Positions 26,614-37,638 of a stretch of DNA of 64,000 nt are shown here, in pieces. The translations under genes and the position numbers were made by a program. Within the stretch, counting starts at the first letter, position 1, and every line of letters starts with the position of its first letter. The stretch is from Camelus ferus (lineage: Eukaryota), in NCBI RefSeq assembly GCF_009834535.1, contig NC_045696.1:36520001-36584000 (forward strand), given 5' to 3'. The notes under the pieces were generated by a model. It was given only the letters and a program-made list of their open reading frames with translations, had not been told where the DNA came from and searched no databases.

Positions 26614-27248
26614 TGTGTTATGCAGGATTCTGAGATGGCCCTCCAAATTCCTGTGTCCTGGAGTATGTGCTTGGTATTATCCCCGCCCCATGGGTGTGGA
26701 AAGAACCTGTGAATAAAATGGCTGTCACGCCTGTGTATTATATGTTAAAGGTGAAGGGATTTTGAAATGAAATTAAGGTTGCAAATCAGTTTGACTTTGA
26801 GTTAATCTCAAGAGAAGTGATCCTGGGTGGGTCTGATCTAATCAGGCAGGCCTTTGAAAGAGACCAGAGCCATCCTGATGTTGGAGAGATTTGAAACATA
26901 TTCTCTCATTGGCTTTGGGGAAGCACTTGTCATCTTGTGGAGAGGGCCACATGAAAGGGACAGCAGATGGCTTGTAGGCATAACAGCTGGCCAATAGCCA
27001 GTAATAAACCAGGGACTTCAGTCCCACAGCTGCGGGGAACTGAATTCTGCCAAAAACCAGAAGAGGACCCTGAGCCTCAGATGAGAACAGAGGTGCAGCC
27101 CATACCTTGATTTCACTCTGTCAGGCTCTGAGATGACTTAGGTAACCAGTGACCAGCCCATGAAAACTGTGAGATAAGAAATTAGTGTAATTGTACACAG
27201 CTTACTTTGTACTGATTTTTTAAACATAGCAATAGAAAAACTAATACA
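26614..27248 (+). mobile_element. MLT1E-like MaLR solo LTR
   Basis: Starts tgtgttatgcaggattctgagatggccc; internal ttaaggttgcaaatcagtttgactttgagttaat; ends gcaatagaaaaactaataca. Confidence 0.85.
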
Positions 27249-27399
27249 CTTAGGTGAGAAGAAATTTGAATCCATCATTTTCTTCATATGAAGAAAAAAA
27301 GTACTTTCTCCTTTACATTTAATTATTTCGCTTGGAGGTATTTTGATTCCATCCTGAATCTTCAAAGTCATTCTGTACTCATACCTCTAATGAACATTT

Positions 27400-28745
27400 A
27401 ACCATGGCAAGTCTCTCCCTCCTTAAGGCAGTCATATCTATTCTATGCCCCTCTCTAAATATCTCCCAAACTCTATCTAAAAGTGTTGTCTGTAATTACT
27501 TTCTGGAATTTACTTTCTCTCATTCACTGTAAACTAGCTTGACCCCAGTGATACACAGATACATTCTTCCTATGTCTGACCGTAGCATCCCTGCTAGTGA
27601 GTCACGTAGATACTTTTCGGTTCTTACCATCCTTGACGTCTCAGCAGCATTAGTATGTTGTCTTTTCAAAACACTTCTTTAGGCTTTCATCGTATTTCAC
27701 TCTTCTCATTTTCCTGTTTCATCCCTATTTTTTTTTCATTAAATATTGGAATTACCTAAGGCTCCATCCTCTGCCTTTTCCTTTTGTCAATCTAATAGTA
27801 TCCCTGAACAATCTTATCTGCTTTCTTTATTTCAGTTGCCATGTATGTGCTGATGATCAATCTCTGGACCAGATCTTTCTTCTTTGCTTCAAATCTGTGT
27901 GTTCAGTGGCCTATAGGATGTCTCCATTTGGATGGCTTAGACATCTTTGGTTCAATATACATAAAGTTCAATTATTATCTTCCATCCCATATTTGGTCTT
28001 TTCCTGCCTACTCTGTTTTACTGAATACTACCACCATGTTTCTTGTTACCCAATCTAAGGATCTGGATACTATCTTAGATCTCTTTTCTCCTTATCGTCC
28101 ACATTTACTCATTTACCAAATTCTTCTGTGTCTTAGTATATCTTCTTTATATACAACTTTAACTATTTTAATTGGAGCAGCTAGTATCTCTGTTCATATT
28201 CTTTGATATTTTCAAAGCCAGTCTTTCATTTTAATCCAGTCAGTTTGTTTCTCTGCATTCCTCCTGAAGTGATGTTTATAACACATACATGTGTTTGTGT
28301 TTCTGCTACAAGATTTAATGATTCATTTTCTTCTGGGTAAAATCCCAGATTCTGTCACAGGGCACACAGGCCTCTCATTGACCTCCTTTCCTTCATTTAC
28401 AATCCTCTCTCTTACTACCATCCACAGCTCTTTCTGCTCTCCAGCTTTTTGCCTCTGGGTTTCCTCACTGCCATCTCCCCTGCTGGGAAACTCTTCCATT
28501 TCGGCCTCATTTCTTTTAGTTGGTCTAGTTATCCCTTACTATCAGGTTAAAGACGCCTTCTTTGATCTATCAAACCTACAGTAAGTGTCCATCTTTTTGT
28601 CCTGAACTCTCAAACTGTTTTATAGTTAAATGGCTCTTTTACCTTTTTAGATAATAACTTTCTTTGAAGTGGACCTGCTGCCTGTCACTGCTGACATCTC
28701 TAATCCTAACACACAGTGTGTAACACAGCATAAATATTTTAGGAA
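27400..28745 (+). mobile_element. L2 LINE remnant
   Basis: ccttgacgtctcagcagcatt; ctaaggctccatcctctgcc; gatgtctccatttggatg. Confidence 0.7.
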
Positions 28746-29752
28746 AAAGTTATTGATCATCCAAACTATAGCTACCTTTTATCATGTTATTAAAATATAC
28801 AAATAATTGTACAATATTTTTTATCTCAATGAATTTTTGTTTCAATGACAGATGTCCTATATATAAAACTACATTAAAGATTTTATATGTATAATATTGC
28901 CTAAAAACTGAAATTATATAAGCAAATTTAGGCAAAAGGTTTTTTGAGGAATATTTCTTATGTAGTTTGCTTATATCTCAGCTCAGCTCCTATGGTTTTT
29001 TATCTTATTTGCTAATGCAGGGTTAGTGAAGCAAAGCCAATAACATGCATATTTCTTTATTTTATTTGCATAACTGTATCTTAAAAGTATAAATCAATTA
29101 TTTTAATAAAACTTAATAACTGTAGAAATAACTTCTGTTATGATATTGCTTTGTTTTCAATTTACATATGTGTTTCATAATGTAATCCATTCATATTATC
29201 TTAAAGACTATGAGATGATAGTAGATAGAAAGTAGATAATTGAAGCAATTATCTAGATAGATCATGATCTGAAGCAAACCTTTTAAACTCTGAGTTAAAA
29301 TGGAGAAAATATCCATTTATACATATAACTTTTCAATTTTGCATATTTTTTGGAAAAATATTCTGTTTTCTTAGGTCACCTAAACTTGAAACCCCAGAAC
29401 CAGTTTTGAGTTCCCTCTCCTACACCTCCTGCTTATCTCTGTGCCTAAACTTTTCATCCAAGTTATTACCAAGTCCTGTAGTTTCTATCACCATCTGATT
29501 TGTCCTTGGCTTTCTCTTCCTCTGTATCTCCAAGACAGATCTTCCATAGTAACTTTCTAGGCTAATCATTATGCAAATCCATCATATACAAAGACTAGTT
29601 ATGCCATTTCTTTACTCTAATACATTTAAAGATTTTCCATTGTTGAATCAGGAAAATGGTCCTTAGCTTGCTAGCCAGATGCCTCTATAACACGGCTCCC
29701 TACTGCTTCATTAGCTGCTCCTCCACTTCTTGCTTTTTTTTTTTTTTTTTTT

Positions 29753-30241
29753 GAGTGAAGGTAGATTTATTCAGAGATACACTGAAAGGCAAGGGAGAGG
29801 CCACGAGGTGTGGGGGTTGGGTGCTCAGATTAAAAGTAGGTACACACTCTGTAGACAGAATATGGGCCGTCTCCAAAGAGGGAGAGGGAGGGGTGGCCAC
29901 AAGGTGCTATGTTGCTGGTTTTTATGGGCTTGGTGGCTTCATATGCTAATAAGTAGAAGGACCAGTCTAAGGGGAAGGGGCTAGGATTCCCAGGAAGTTG
30001 GCCATTTCCCACCCTTTGACCTTTTGTGGCTAGCCTCGGGACTGCCATGGTGCCTGTGGGCATGTTATTCACCATGTTAATATATTACAGTGGGCTTGTA
30101 ATGAAGCTCAAGATCTACTAGAAGTTAAATCTCTCATCATCCTGAGCCTCAAGGCCTACTGGGGGTTGAATCTTTCATCATTTTGATGTTAACTGCTGTG
30201 GCATTCCTTGAATGGCTGTGCCCTGCCCCCTTCCTGTCTCA
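29753..30241 (-). mobile_element. 3' LTR U3+R only (no U5)
   Basis: Begins TGAGACAGG directly after the PPT; TATA-like CATAAAAA near 29919-29926; AATAAA at 29771-29766, 13 nt before the poly(A). Confidence 0.88.
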
Positions 30242-30251
30242 TTCTCCCCTC
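30242..30251 (-). other. Retroviral polypurine tract (GAGGGGAGAA)
   Basis: All-purine 10-mer directly abutting the TG start of the LTR. Confidence 0.85.
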
Positions 30252-30289
30252 AGAGATTCTACTCCCATAATCTCATGGGGTTGCAGAGG

Positions 30290-30600
30290 GTCGAAGATCC
30301 GTCTTCTGAAACTGCTTCCAGGCTGAGTAGGGGCGTTGACCCTACCTATCAGGGAGTAAAAAATCTCTGAATGCCTTATCTAGGGGCCCCAGGGGCAGGA
30401 CAGCCTTTTGTTTTCGCATCCAAGGGCTGAGGGTGTGGGCCGGAAACCTCGCACAGCCATCATCTGATGTGGGGCTGCTGTAACCCACTGTTTCCATTGA
30501 CTTCTGATGAATTTTCTTAAAGATGAAGCACCTTTGTAACAACAGTTTGACAGTCTGTAACAACAAAAAGACTTAAAAGGCATGGTTAAACATTTGTAAT
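30290..30600 (-). pseudogene. env: Probable env 3'-end remnant
   Basis: Only ~380 bp lie between the IN stop and the PPT; fragments QMMAVRGFRP and LGPLD resemble class I Env cytoplasmic tails; no SU/TM ectodomain. Confidence 0.45.
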
Positions 30601-30628
30601 CACCGCTACATGATATTATTTGTTTTTC

Positions 30629-32316
30629 TTAAACAAGTACCTGAGGTCTTGTATTGCCTCGCCAAGTGTAGGTCTCTCCTGGCTCCTGTTGGGGCTTATA
30701 AGTTACAAGTTTTATCCTGGACAGACGTACCCAACTAGCAATTCCTCGTAGCTTAACGTCAGTTGGGGTGCTCAGTAGTACCTGATACGGTCCCTTCCAT
30801 TTTGGCTGTAGCTGGTCTTCAGGGGACCCCTCCTTCCAAGTTTTTAGTAAGGCAAATTCCCCTGATTGGACAGGGACTTCAGACTTTTCCTCTGTGGGAA
30901 AGGGCAACACTTTGTTTCCATATTCTTGGAGAGCATTTTGAACTTGACTTAAGCTAACAATGTGGGAAACTAATCTGTGAGTTTCCTCATCAAACAGGAA
31001 ATCTGCAGTTAAAAAGGGCCTCCCATAAATCATTTCAAATAGGCTGTTTTAAAATTCCCTTAGGGGCCGTCCTTATTCTTAGAAGGGCTATAGGTAGGAG
31101 GGGGACCCAGGTTTCTGAAGTCTCCTGACATAGCTTAGCAAGTGTTCTCTTTAGAACATGATTTGCTTTTTCTACCTTGCCTGAGGATTGAGGCCTCCAG
31201 GAAGAGTGGAGGCGATAGTTAATATCCAGAGCGGAGGAAACCTATTGAGTCACCTTGGCAGTGAAGGAGGGTCCATTATCACTTTGTAAGCTTTTTGGTA
31301 GCCCAAATCTTGGGATTATTTCTTTGAGCAGAAATTTTGACACTTCTATTGCTTTTTCCGTTCTGGTGGGGAAAGCTTCTACCCATCCTGTAAAAGTGTC
31401 TATGAATACCAACACGTATTTCCCTCCCTTACAAGAGGGCATCTGGGGAAAGTCCATTTGCCAATCTTCCCCTTTATAAGTTCCCCGATGTTGTGTGGGC
31501 CGGAGTAGGGGTAGGGGTATAGGGTGACTTCCTGGGTCATTGCGGGCACAAAGTTCACAGGCCCTAGTGACTTCCTTAATCGTTTGGGACAGCCCCTTGC
31601 CTAGGAACACTTGAGAAATTAGTCTGAGCATGGAGTCCCGCCCTAGGTGGGTGGACTCATGGAGATGCTTAATTATTTTCCATTGTTTGTCCCCAGGAAT
31701 GAGAAGCTTACTATCTTTTGTCAGCCACTCCAAGAGATTCTTCTCTAGCCCCCTATGTTTAGCCCATTCAACCTCTTCAGGTGTATAGGATGGTGCCGTT
31801 GGGAGAGGCTGGTCCTCAGGTTGGAGAACTGCGGCTTGTAAGACCGGCTGTTCTCTGGCTGCAGCTTTGGCAGCCTTGGCTGTGAGGGCATTTCCCTTTA
31901 CAAGGGAAGAATCACACTTTTGGTGACCCCTGCAGTGTATGGCTGCACCCTCTTTAGGAAGCTGGACTGCTTCTAGGAGTTTTAGAATTTTTGCCTGGAA
32001 TTTAGTGATTAAATCCCTTCCCAACAAGGGGATGAGGCACTCAGGCATGAGCAAAAGCTGATGTGCAAAGGTAAAATTTTTTAGCAGGCAGCTAAGGGGG
32101 GCTGTAAATCGCTTGGTTTGGGGCTTTCTGTCAATCCCCTGTTACTACACAGGATTGGGAGGACCAGGGTCCAGGGAAATTAGTCAGCACAGAGTAGGCG
32201 GCTCCTGTATATAATAAGAAAACAACTTTTCTACCTGCCACGTTAAGGGTTACCCGAAGCTCCTCCAGAGAAATGAGCAGGTGTCCTGTGGGAGCCGTGG
32301 AGGGCCTTGGGCCCCA
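30629..32316 (-). pseudogene. pol: Disrupted gammaretrovirus-like pro-pol: protease, RNase H C-terminus and integrase; RT absent
   Basis: Protease FLL(Y)TGAAYSVL and PLLGRDL; RNase H tail IHCRGHQK...GN; IN HLHESTH...CELC, WQMDF, DTFTGWVEAFP, SDNG, GKVEKAN, KWKGPYQVLL; TAG at 31244-31242 and frameshifts near 31045 and 32090-32140. Confidence 0.95.
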
Positions 32317-34164
32317 TCAGTCTTCAGCACTTCTTCCTTATATGAACCCAACAGGAAGCCACACAGACAGTTCAGCCAGACACATTCTATGCTTTCCAAC
32401 TTTTGTATTTTTGTTGTAGTTTTTGCTAAATCTTCTTAATTTTTAAATCTTACACAGCTTTGGGGTCCCATTCATAAAGGATCTACTCCAGAAATCAGTC
32501 TTTGATTTCCCAACCTGATGACTTCACTCCTTTGAACCACATTAACATTTTCTACCCTCTTACATCACTTACATCCTGATTGTTACTATAGATATTTGTA
32601 AGGTTATTTAACCCTCTCCCAACTCCATAGATATTAGATCACAATTATCTTGAGAGTTTAGTTTCTTGTTTATAATTTTACCTCTCACAGAGCCTAATTT
32701 TGCATCTTATGACTAATATTATTTACTGTTTTTGTTTTTGTGGAAACAGAATTAAATTTTCATTTCTTGACATACATTAAAAGAAAGCATTCCATTTATA
32801 AAATGAAGTACAGAGTTAAGGAGTAGAAGAGCTATTTAGTTAGGATCAGGTATATTAAGAAAATTTAGTGCTTAGCCTTTTAATTTACTGAAGTTCTGTT
32901 TTAGTTAGATTCATTTTTCTTTTTTAACCTTTTTCCCCTTTTTTCTTCACCTTTTATCTTTCTTTGCTGTATGTGTCTTCATATAGATATAGCAATAACT
33001 ATTTCTCATCCCCAGTGTCAAAGAATTCTTCCTCTATTTGATTTTCCCTAAGGGTAGGCAGAGTGATTTAGAATAAACTACATTTGACTTGAATTCTTAC
33101 AAATTTCTGAAAATGTCAAAGTTTTAAATTGCAAACCTTTGTATAGGATTTGTGAAATCTTGACTTACTTCCAGATTCTGCTTTGAGCAACAAAACACAC
33201 CATGCTTAAAGTCGAGCTTATTTGAAGAACACAAAGTGATGTCTGAAAGAAATATTATTCAGAGTATCACTCCCTCTCAGAAATAGCTCAATATGCTCAA
33301 CACACCCATCTGCACAGCAGTAAACTTCTACGCCAAGCAAGCAAATCAAATCGATATTAGTCAATGACTTCCCTTTGGGAAGAAGGGTGTCAGTGTTAAT
33401 GGAGGGTAAATGCTACATGAGGTCTGTCTTTATATGTTTGTGGGCTACTTTCAGCAGCTGTACTTTCAGAAAGTCATTTCATTTATGGCTTTTTTGGAGC
33501 GATGTTTGCATAAAATACTAACCTGAATACATTTAATCTTTACATTTTTAAGAAAAAGCTGCTCAATTTGGAGCATATTCACTTCTGCTGAAATGTTGCT
33601 GTTTGAAGCTGCATGTAGATCTTTTGAGAGGCCACATGCTTGAGTCTCTATTTTTAAATTTTCATGACAGCTTTTACACTCTCCTGAACATGCAGAATCT
33701 AAGCTTCTACTGAAGCGTGTAATTACTAGTGATGACTTAGCACCTGCCATGTGGTGCCAAGCAATGGCAATTGGAAGCAATGTCAATAAGAAAACTGGCA
33801 AACTGGAGATAGCCAAGTGAGAGATAACTCAGAGAATCACGTGCTCTGGCAAACACTCCCACTATTGTTAGTAAAAAATATGAACTTTATTTACAAGAAA
33901 TTTTATGTAATCTCTAAGGTGCCCACATCAGAGGAAATGAAAGGGCTGCTTTGTTGTTTAGAATGAAGACATGGCTTCATGGATGATTTGAGTGTCCTAC
34001 TCCTCTAAAATGATTTTTCACCTAACCTGTCATTTTATCTTCTGCCTCCGCTATTTGATTTGCTTCTTTGGATTAGGGCAGTATCCGTAAAGACCAAGTC
34101 TAAAAGCCCAGAGCTATGACATGGAAGACCTAGGGATGGGGTTGAAGAGAACCTGTAACTTAGG

Positions 34165-34525
34165 CTTTATGGTATGTAGGACCATGTGGGGAGGTTATTA
34201 AAACTGCAAATTCCTGGGCTCATTCCACAGAGATTCAGATTCAGTAGGTCTGCAATTGAGCCAGGCAATCTTCATTTTTCTGAAGCACTGAGTACTTGAA
34301 CTAGACTGGAAAGACACTGCCCTAACTTGAAAAAAAAAGCTAAGTTTCAGCTTCTTTTACTCAAAATGTGATCTTTGGATCAAAATCCTAGCATCACCTG
34401 GGAGCATTATAGAACTGCAAAATCACAGGCCAGACAGAACTGCACCATCACTTATTGAATCAGAATTTGGATTTTGACAATTTCCCAGATGATCCATATA
34501 CATATTAGAGTGTGAGAAGCATTGC
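34165..34525. mobile_element. Two adjacent MER5-type MITEs
   Basis: cagagattcagattcagtaggtctg; agcatcacctgggagc...ttgaatcagaatttggattttgacaa...gagaagcattg. Confidence 0.7.
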
Positions 34526-35939
34526 TTTAACAAACACATTGGATTTAGTTACAGTGCTTATTAGTTAATTAGATTAGCTGTCACCCCGAAGAGAGAAAGG
34601 AGAGCAGGATACAGGAGAGGAATGTTTAGATGGAAGGGTGGGCTGCAACAGTTGGGGGGTTAGGTTGGAAGACGGTGATGGAAGGCTTGAGGCATTTTGG
34701 TGGGAACAAGCTGGGGATAGAACTGGCCGTGAAGGTGAGCAGGGCAGATTTCACCATGATTCCAGGGGCCCTTCAGCCCAATATTAAAAAGTGCTAAACT
34801 ATATCGCTCCTCCTTTGGTTAAAAATATCCTATCTATGTAATTCATTTATACTCTGTATTTTGAATGAAGCAATTTTGATACATTATTATTATGGTCTGT
34901 TCATTATGCTTTAATGTTTGATGGCTAGAACAGATAGACATTTTCAGAGCCCTCCCTATTTTGAAATTTATACAGATTGACATACTTACAGTTGTTGAAT
35001 AATTTATGGGGAAAATATCCAATATTCTTTAGATAGCCATGATCTTTAAGTCAGGCTACAGATGCATTTTCTCTGAGTCAAATGATCTCAATTAAAATTA
35101 AAATTTCAAGCAAAACAGAAGCTTTACTCTCTGAATGAGTCATAAATCTGGTGAAATGAATTCAGCTGTTTTAAGCATCTATAAAGCAGAATAAATTTTA
35201 TAATAATAAATTAAATCACATAACCTAATGAATGTACTTCTTGTCACTTAGCGAGATAACCGTTATAAGCTAAATATTAAAACTGTGTATTTAATTGATA
35301 AAAGCACATTTATTGCATTAGAGATACATAAAGTTACCCTGTAATGTCACTACCACACAGAATTCTGTCTCATTAATTCCAAAGAGACGTTGTGCACATT
35401 TTATGGTAATTTTGACAAATTAAATTTCTTGGTGTTTTAATTTGGATTTTGTAATCTTTTTTGCCAAATAATTATTTAACCTCACAATTACTAACTTTCT
35501 AATAATGAATTGGTATTTAATTATCATATCACCAGTGAAGTTATAATCTCTAAATGAAATTTTATTTCATTTAAAATAAATGTCCATTTTAATTTAAAAT
35601 TTTTTTCATAGTAGTAGTGGGAATTTTTATGCTTGGGATGGTGGACTTGGTCATCTTCCCAAATGAGCAAGCTAGGTTTAACCTTTTAAGATTAGCAAGG
35701 AATTTAGGATTCATTCTTGCTGAAAACTGCTGGGAAGTTTCACTTTCTTTCTGAAACATATATGCTAATCACATACTTTCTTCCCTTGGGAATCTAAATA
35801 GAATTATCAGTTGTTTTATGACATTATAATTAATGAGTATAGAGGTAAGAAAATGGTGAAGACTAAGAGGTATTATTCTAGTTTCAGTGCACTGATCTAG
35901 ACAGTATTCTTGTCCCTCAATGAAAAGTAGCAAGGATCA

Positions 35940-36125
35940 TACACCATTTCTTAAATTTCCATAATGAGAAGAATCAGCTGGGGTGCTTGTTTAAAAAAAA
36001 AGTACTACTTCCTGGGGCTTTCTTGGAGATCCTTATTTACTAGGACTGGAATGGGGTCATAGAATTTGTATTTTATCAAGGACCTAAATAACTTAACTTA
36101 CCAGGGAAGACTGGGAAACACTGTT
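35940..36125. mobile_element. MER5-type MITE
   Basis: gaatcagctggggtgcttgttt...ggactggaatggggtc...ctgggaaacactg. Confidence 0.6.
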
Positions 36126-36149
36126 CTCATATTAAGATCCAGAAAGAGG

Positions 36150-36271
36150 GAAGGGAAGAATATAGCTCAGTGGTAGAGTACATGCTTATTAGCAAGCATG
36201 AGGTCCTGGATTCAATCCTCAGTACCTCCATTAAAAATAAATAAATAAAAAAGCCTAATTACCTCCCCCAC

Positions 36272-36302
<31 letters not shown>
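36150..36302 (+). mobile_element. Camelid vic-1-type tRNA-derived SINE
   Basis: A box TAGCTCAGTGG, B box GGATTCAATCC, tail aaataaataaa...cctaattacctccccc, 31-A run (36274-36304); exact 16-bp TSD AAGATCCAGAAAGAGG (36134-36149, 36303-36318) at a TT/AAGA site. Confidence 0.9.
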
Positions 36303-36306
<4 letters not shown>

Positions 36307-36351
36307 TCCAGAAAGAGGAAATTCAGAATCATTTGTGCCAAGAGTACAGAT

Positions 36352-36790
36352 CAGTGCTCTCAACCTTGGTTGCACATTAGAAACCCTCTTTTAAAAATCT
36401 CAATGGCCAAGGCACACCCAGACCAATTAAATCATGATCTCTAAAGTGGGATCCAAAGGTCAGAATGAGTAATTGGGGAACTTACCTCATAAGAGAAAAA
36501 TAATGCATAATTTTCAAGGTGATAAAGTTACAGGGCTACTGCCTGTTTACAAAGAGAATATTATTTTTAAAAAATTATTGAATTAGGAATCTATGGTTTT
36601 AGAACCTTGAGCTTGTATCAGAATCACATGGAAGGCTATTTAAAACAGATTGATGGGTCCCCCTCCCCACCTCCCACCCCGGAGTTTCTGATCAGCAGGT
36701 CTGGGATGGAGCCCAAGAGCTTGCATTTCTCTTAAGTTCTAGGTGAAGCTGATGCAGTTGACCCTGGGACTACATTTGAGAACCTATGTT
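36352..36790. mobile_element. MER5A-type MITEs (partial 36352-36460; 36590-36790)
   Basis: cagtgctctcaaccttggttgcacattagaa; ggagtttctgatcagcaggtctgggatggagcccaagagcttgcatttct...tttgagaacc. Confidence 0.75.
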
Positions 36791-36914
36791 CTAAGAGAAT
36801 AATGAGAGATATCAAATGGGAGCAATATGGAATGAAATTACATTGCGCCCAAGCTTGGTTAAGATGTTCATCTGATAGAATACCTCCTGCATGAGATTAT
36901 AGCTATTACAAATG

Positions 36915-37155
36915 GCTAACTGTTATAGTGTCTACTATGTGTGAGATGTTGTTCCATTTTATATATTAAGTCATTTAAACCTTAAAATAATCCTACATGA
37001 CAGATGTGCTACATCTGTTTTTACATCAGCGAAGTTAAGGTACAGGGAGGTTAAGTAAATTATCCAAGGCAATGCAGTTGGTAAATTTTAGAGCTGGAAG
37101 TTGGAATCTAGGTGATCTGGCTCCAAGGGCCATACAGTTAACCACTGCTATGCTT
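36915..37155 (-). mobile_element. MIR SINE
   Basis: gaggttaagtaaattatccaagg...tctggctccaagggccatacagttaaccactgctatgct. Confidence 0.75.
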
Positions 37156-37638
37156 AGGGAGGTGAAGCTGGAGAAGATTTGTTCAAACAATGGGTGATTT
37201 TAGCAGACCTAGAGATCACTCACTTTATCCCTTTCCCTATCCTCACAGAGAAAATCTAAAGAAGTATGTTAGGGAAATAAATATCTGGATCAGAAATCAA
37301 AGTAAAAAGGAAAGAAGGTATTCAAATCTAGAAGCAACCTAACATGTGTAAAAGGGAGAAGAGGTCCAATTTAAAGAGGAGTTTTTAAATATTATAGCTC
37401 AGTTATGCCATCCTAAATGAGTGTGGAAATAGTAAAATGTATATAAGCCACTAGGAGCATATCACAGCACTGGAGAAAAAAAAATGTAGCATAAAGAAGT
37501 ATTATACAAGGGCTGAAATATGCATACACAGAGAAATAACTGCATCTGGAGAGGTTTTGGTTTTCATTGGACCAGGAGGAGTAGGCTTTGGTAACATCTA
37601 TAGCAGATTTTTTTTCTTCTTTAGAAAAATGTGCATTC

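Larger units (their letters stand above)
29734..32327 (-). mobile_element. Processed (L1-retroposed), internally deleted class I ERV transcript
   Basis: On - strand: gag stop, pro, RNase H tail, IN, env remnant, PPT, U3-R, poly(A)19; no U5 and no 5' LTR; TSD CACTTCTT(G/C)CTT at 29724-29735 and 32328-32339. Confidence 0.88.
29370..32730 (+). mobile_element. L2 remnant (29370-29733 and 32328-32730) split by the ERV retrocopy
   Basis: accaagtcctgtagtttcta and gtccttagcttgctagccagatgcctctata on the left; diverged pyrimidine-rich L2-like continuation on the right. Confidence 0.55.

Noticed and set aside
29734..32327. Intact or active provirus, or a captured syncytin-like env
   Set aside because: No gag, RT, 5' LTR or U5; protease Asp mutated; IN has a stop and a frameshift; no Env ectodomain.
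33466..33816. 116-aa ORF with a signal-peptide-like N-terminus
   Set aside because: Starts at TTG rather than ATG, and I recognise no homology.
36160..36230. tRNA gene
   Set aside because: The tRNA-like head is followed by a SINE tail, poly(A) and a 16-bp TSD, so it is a SINE.
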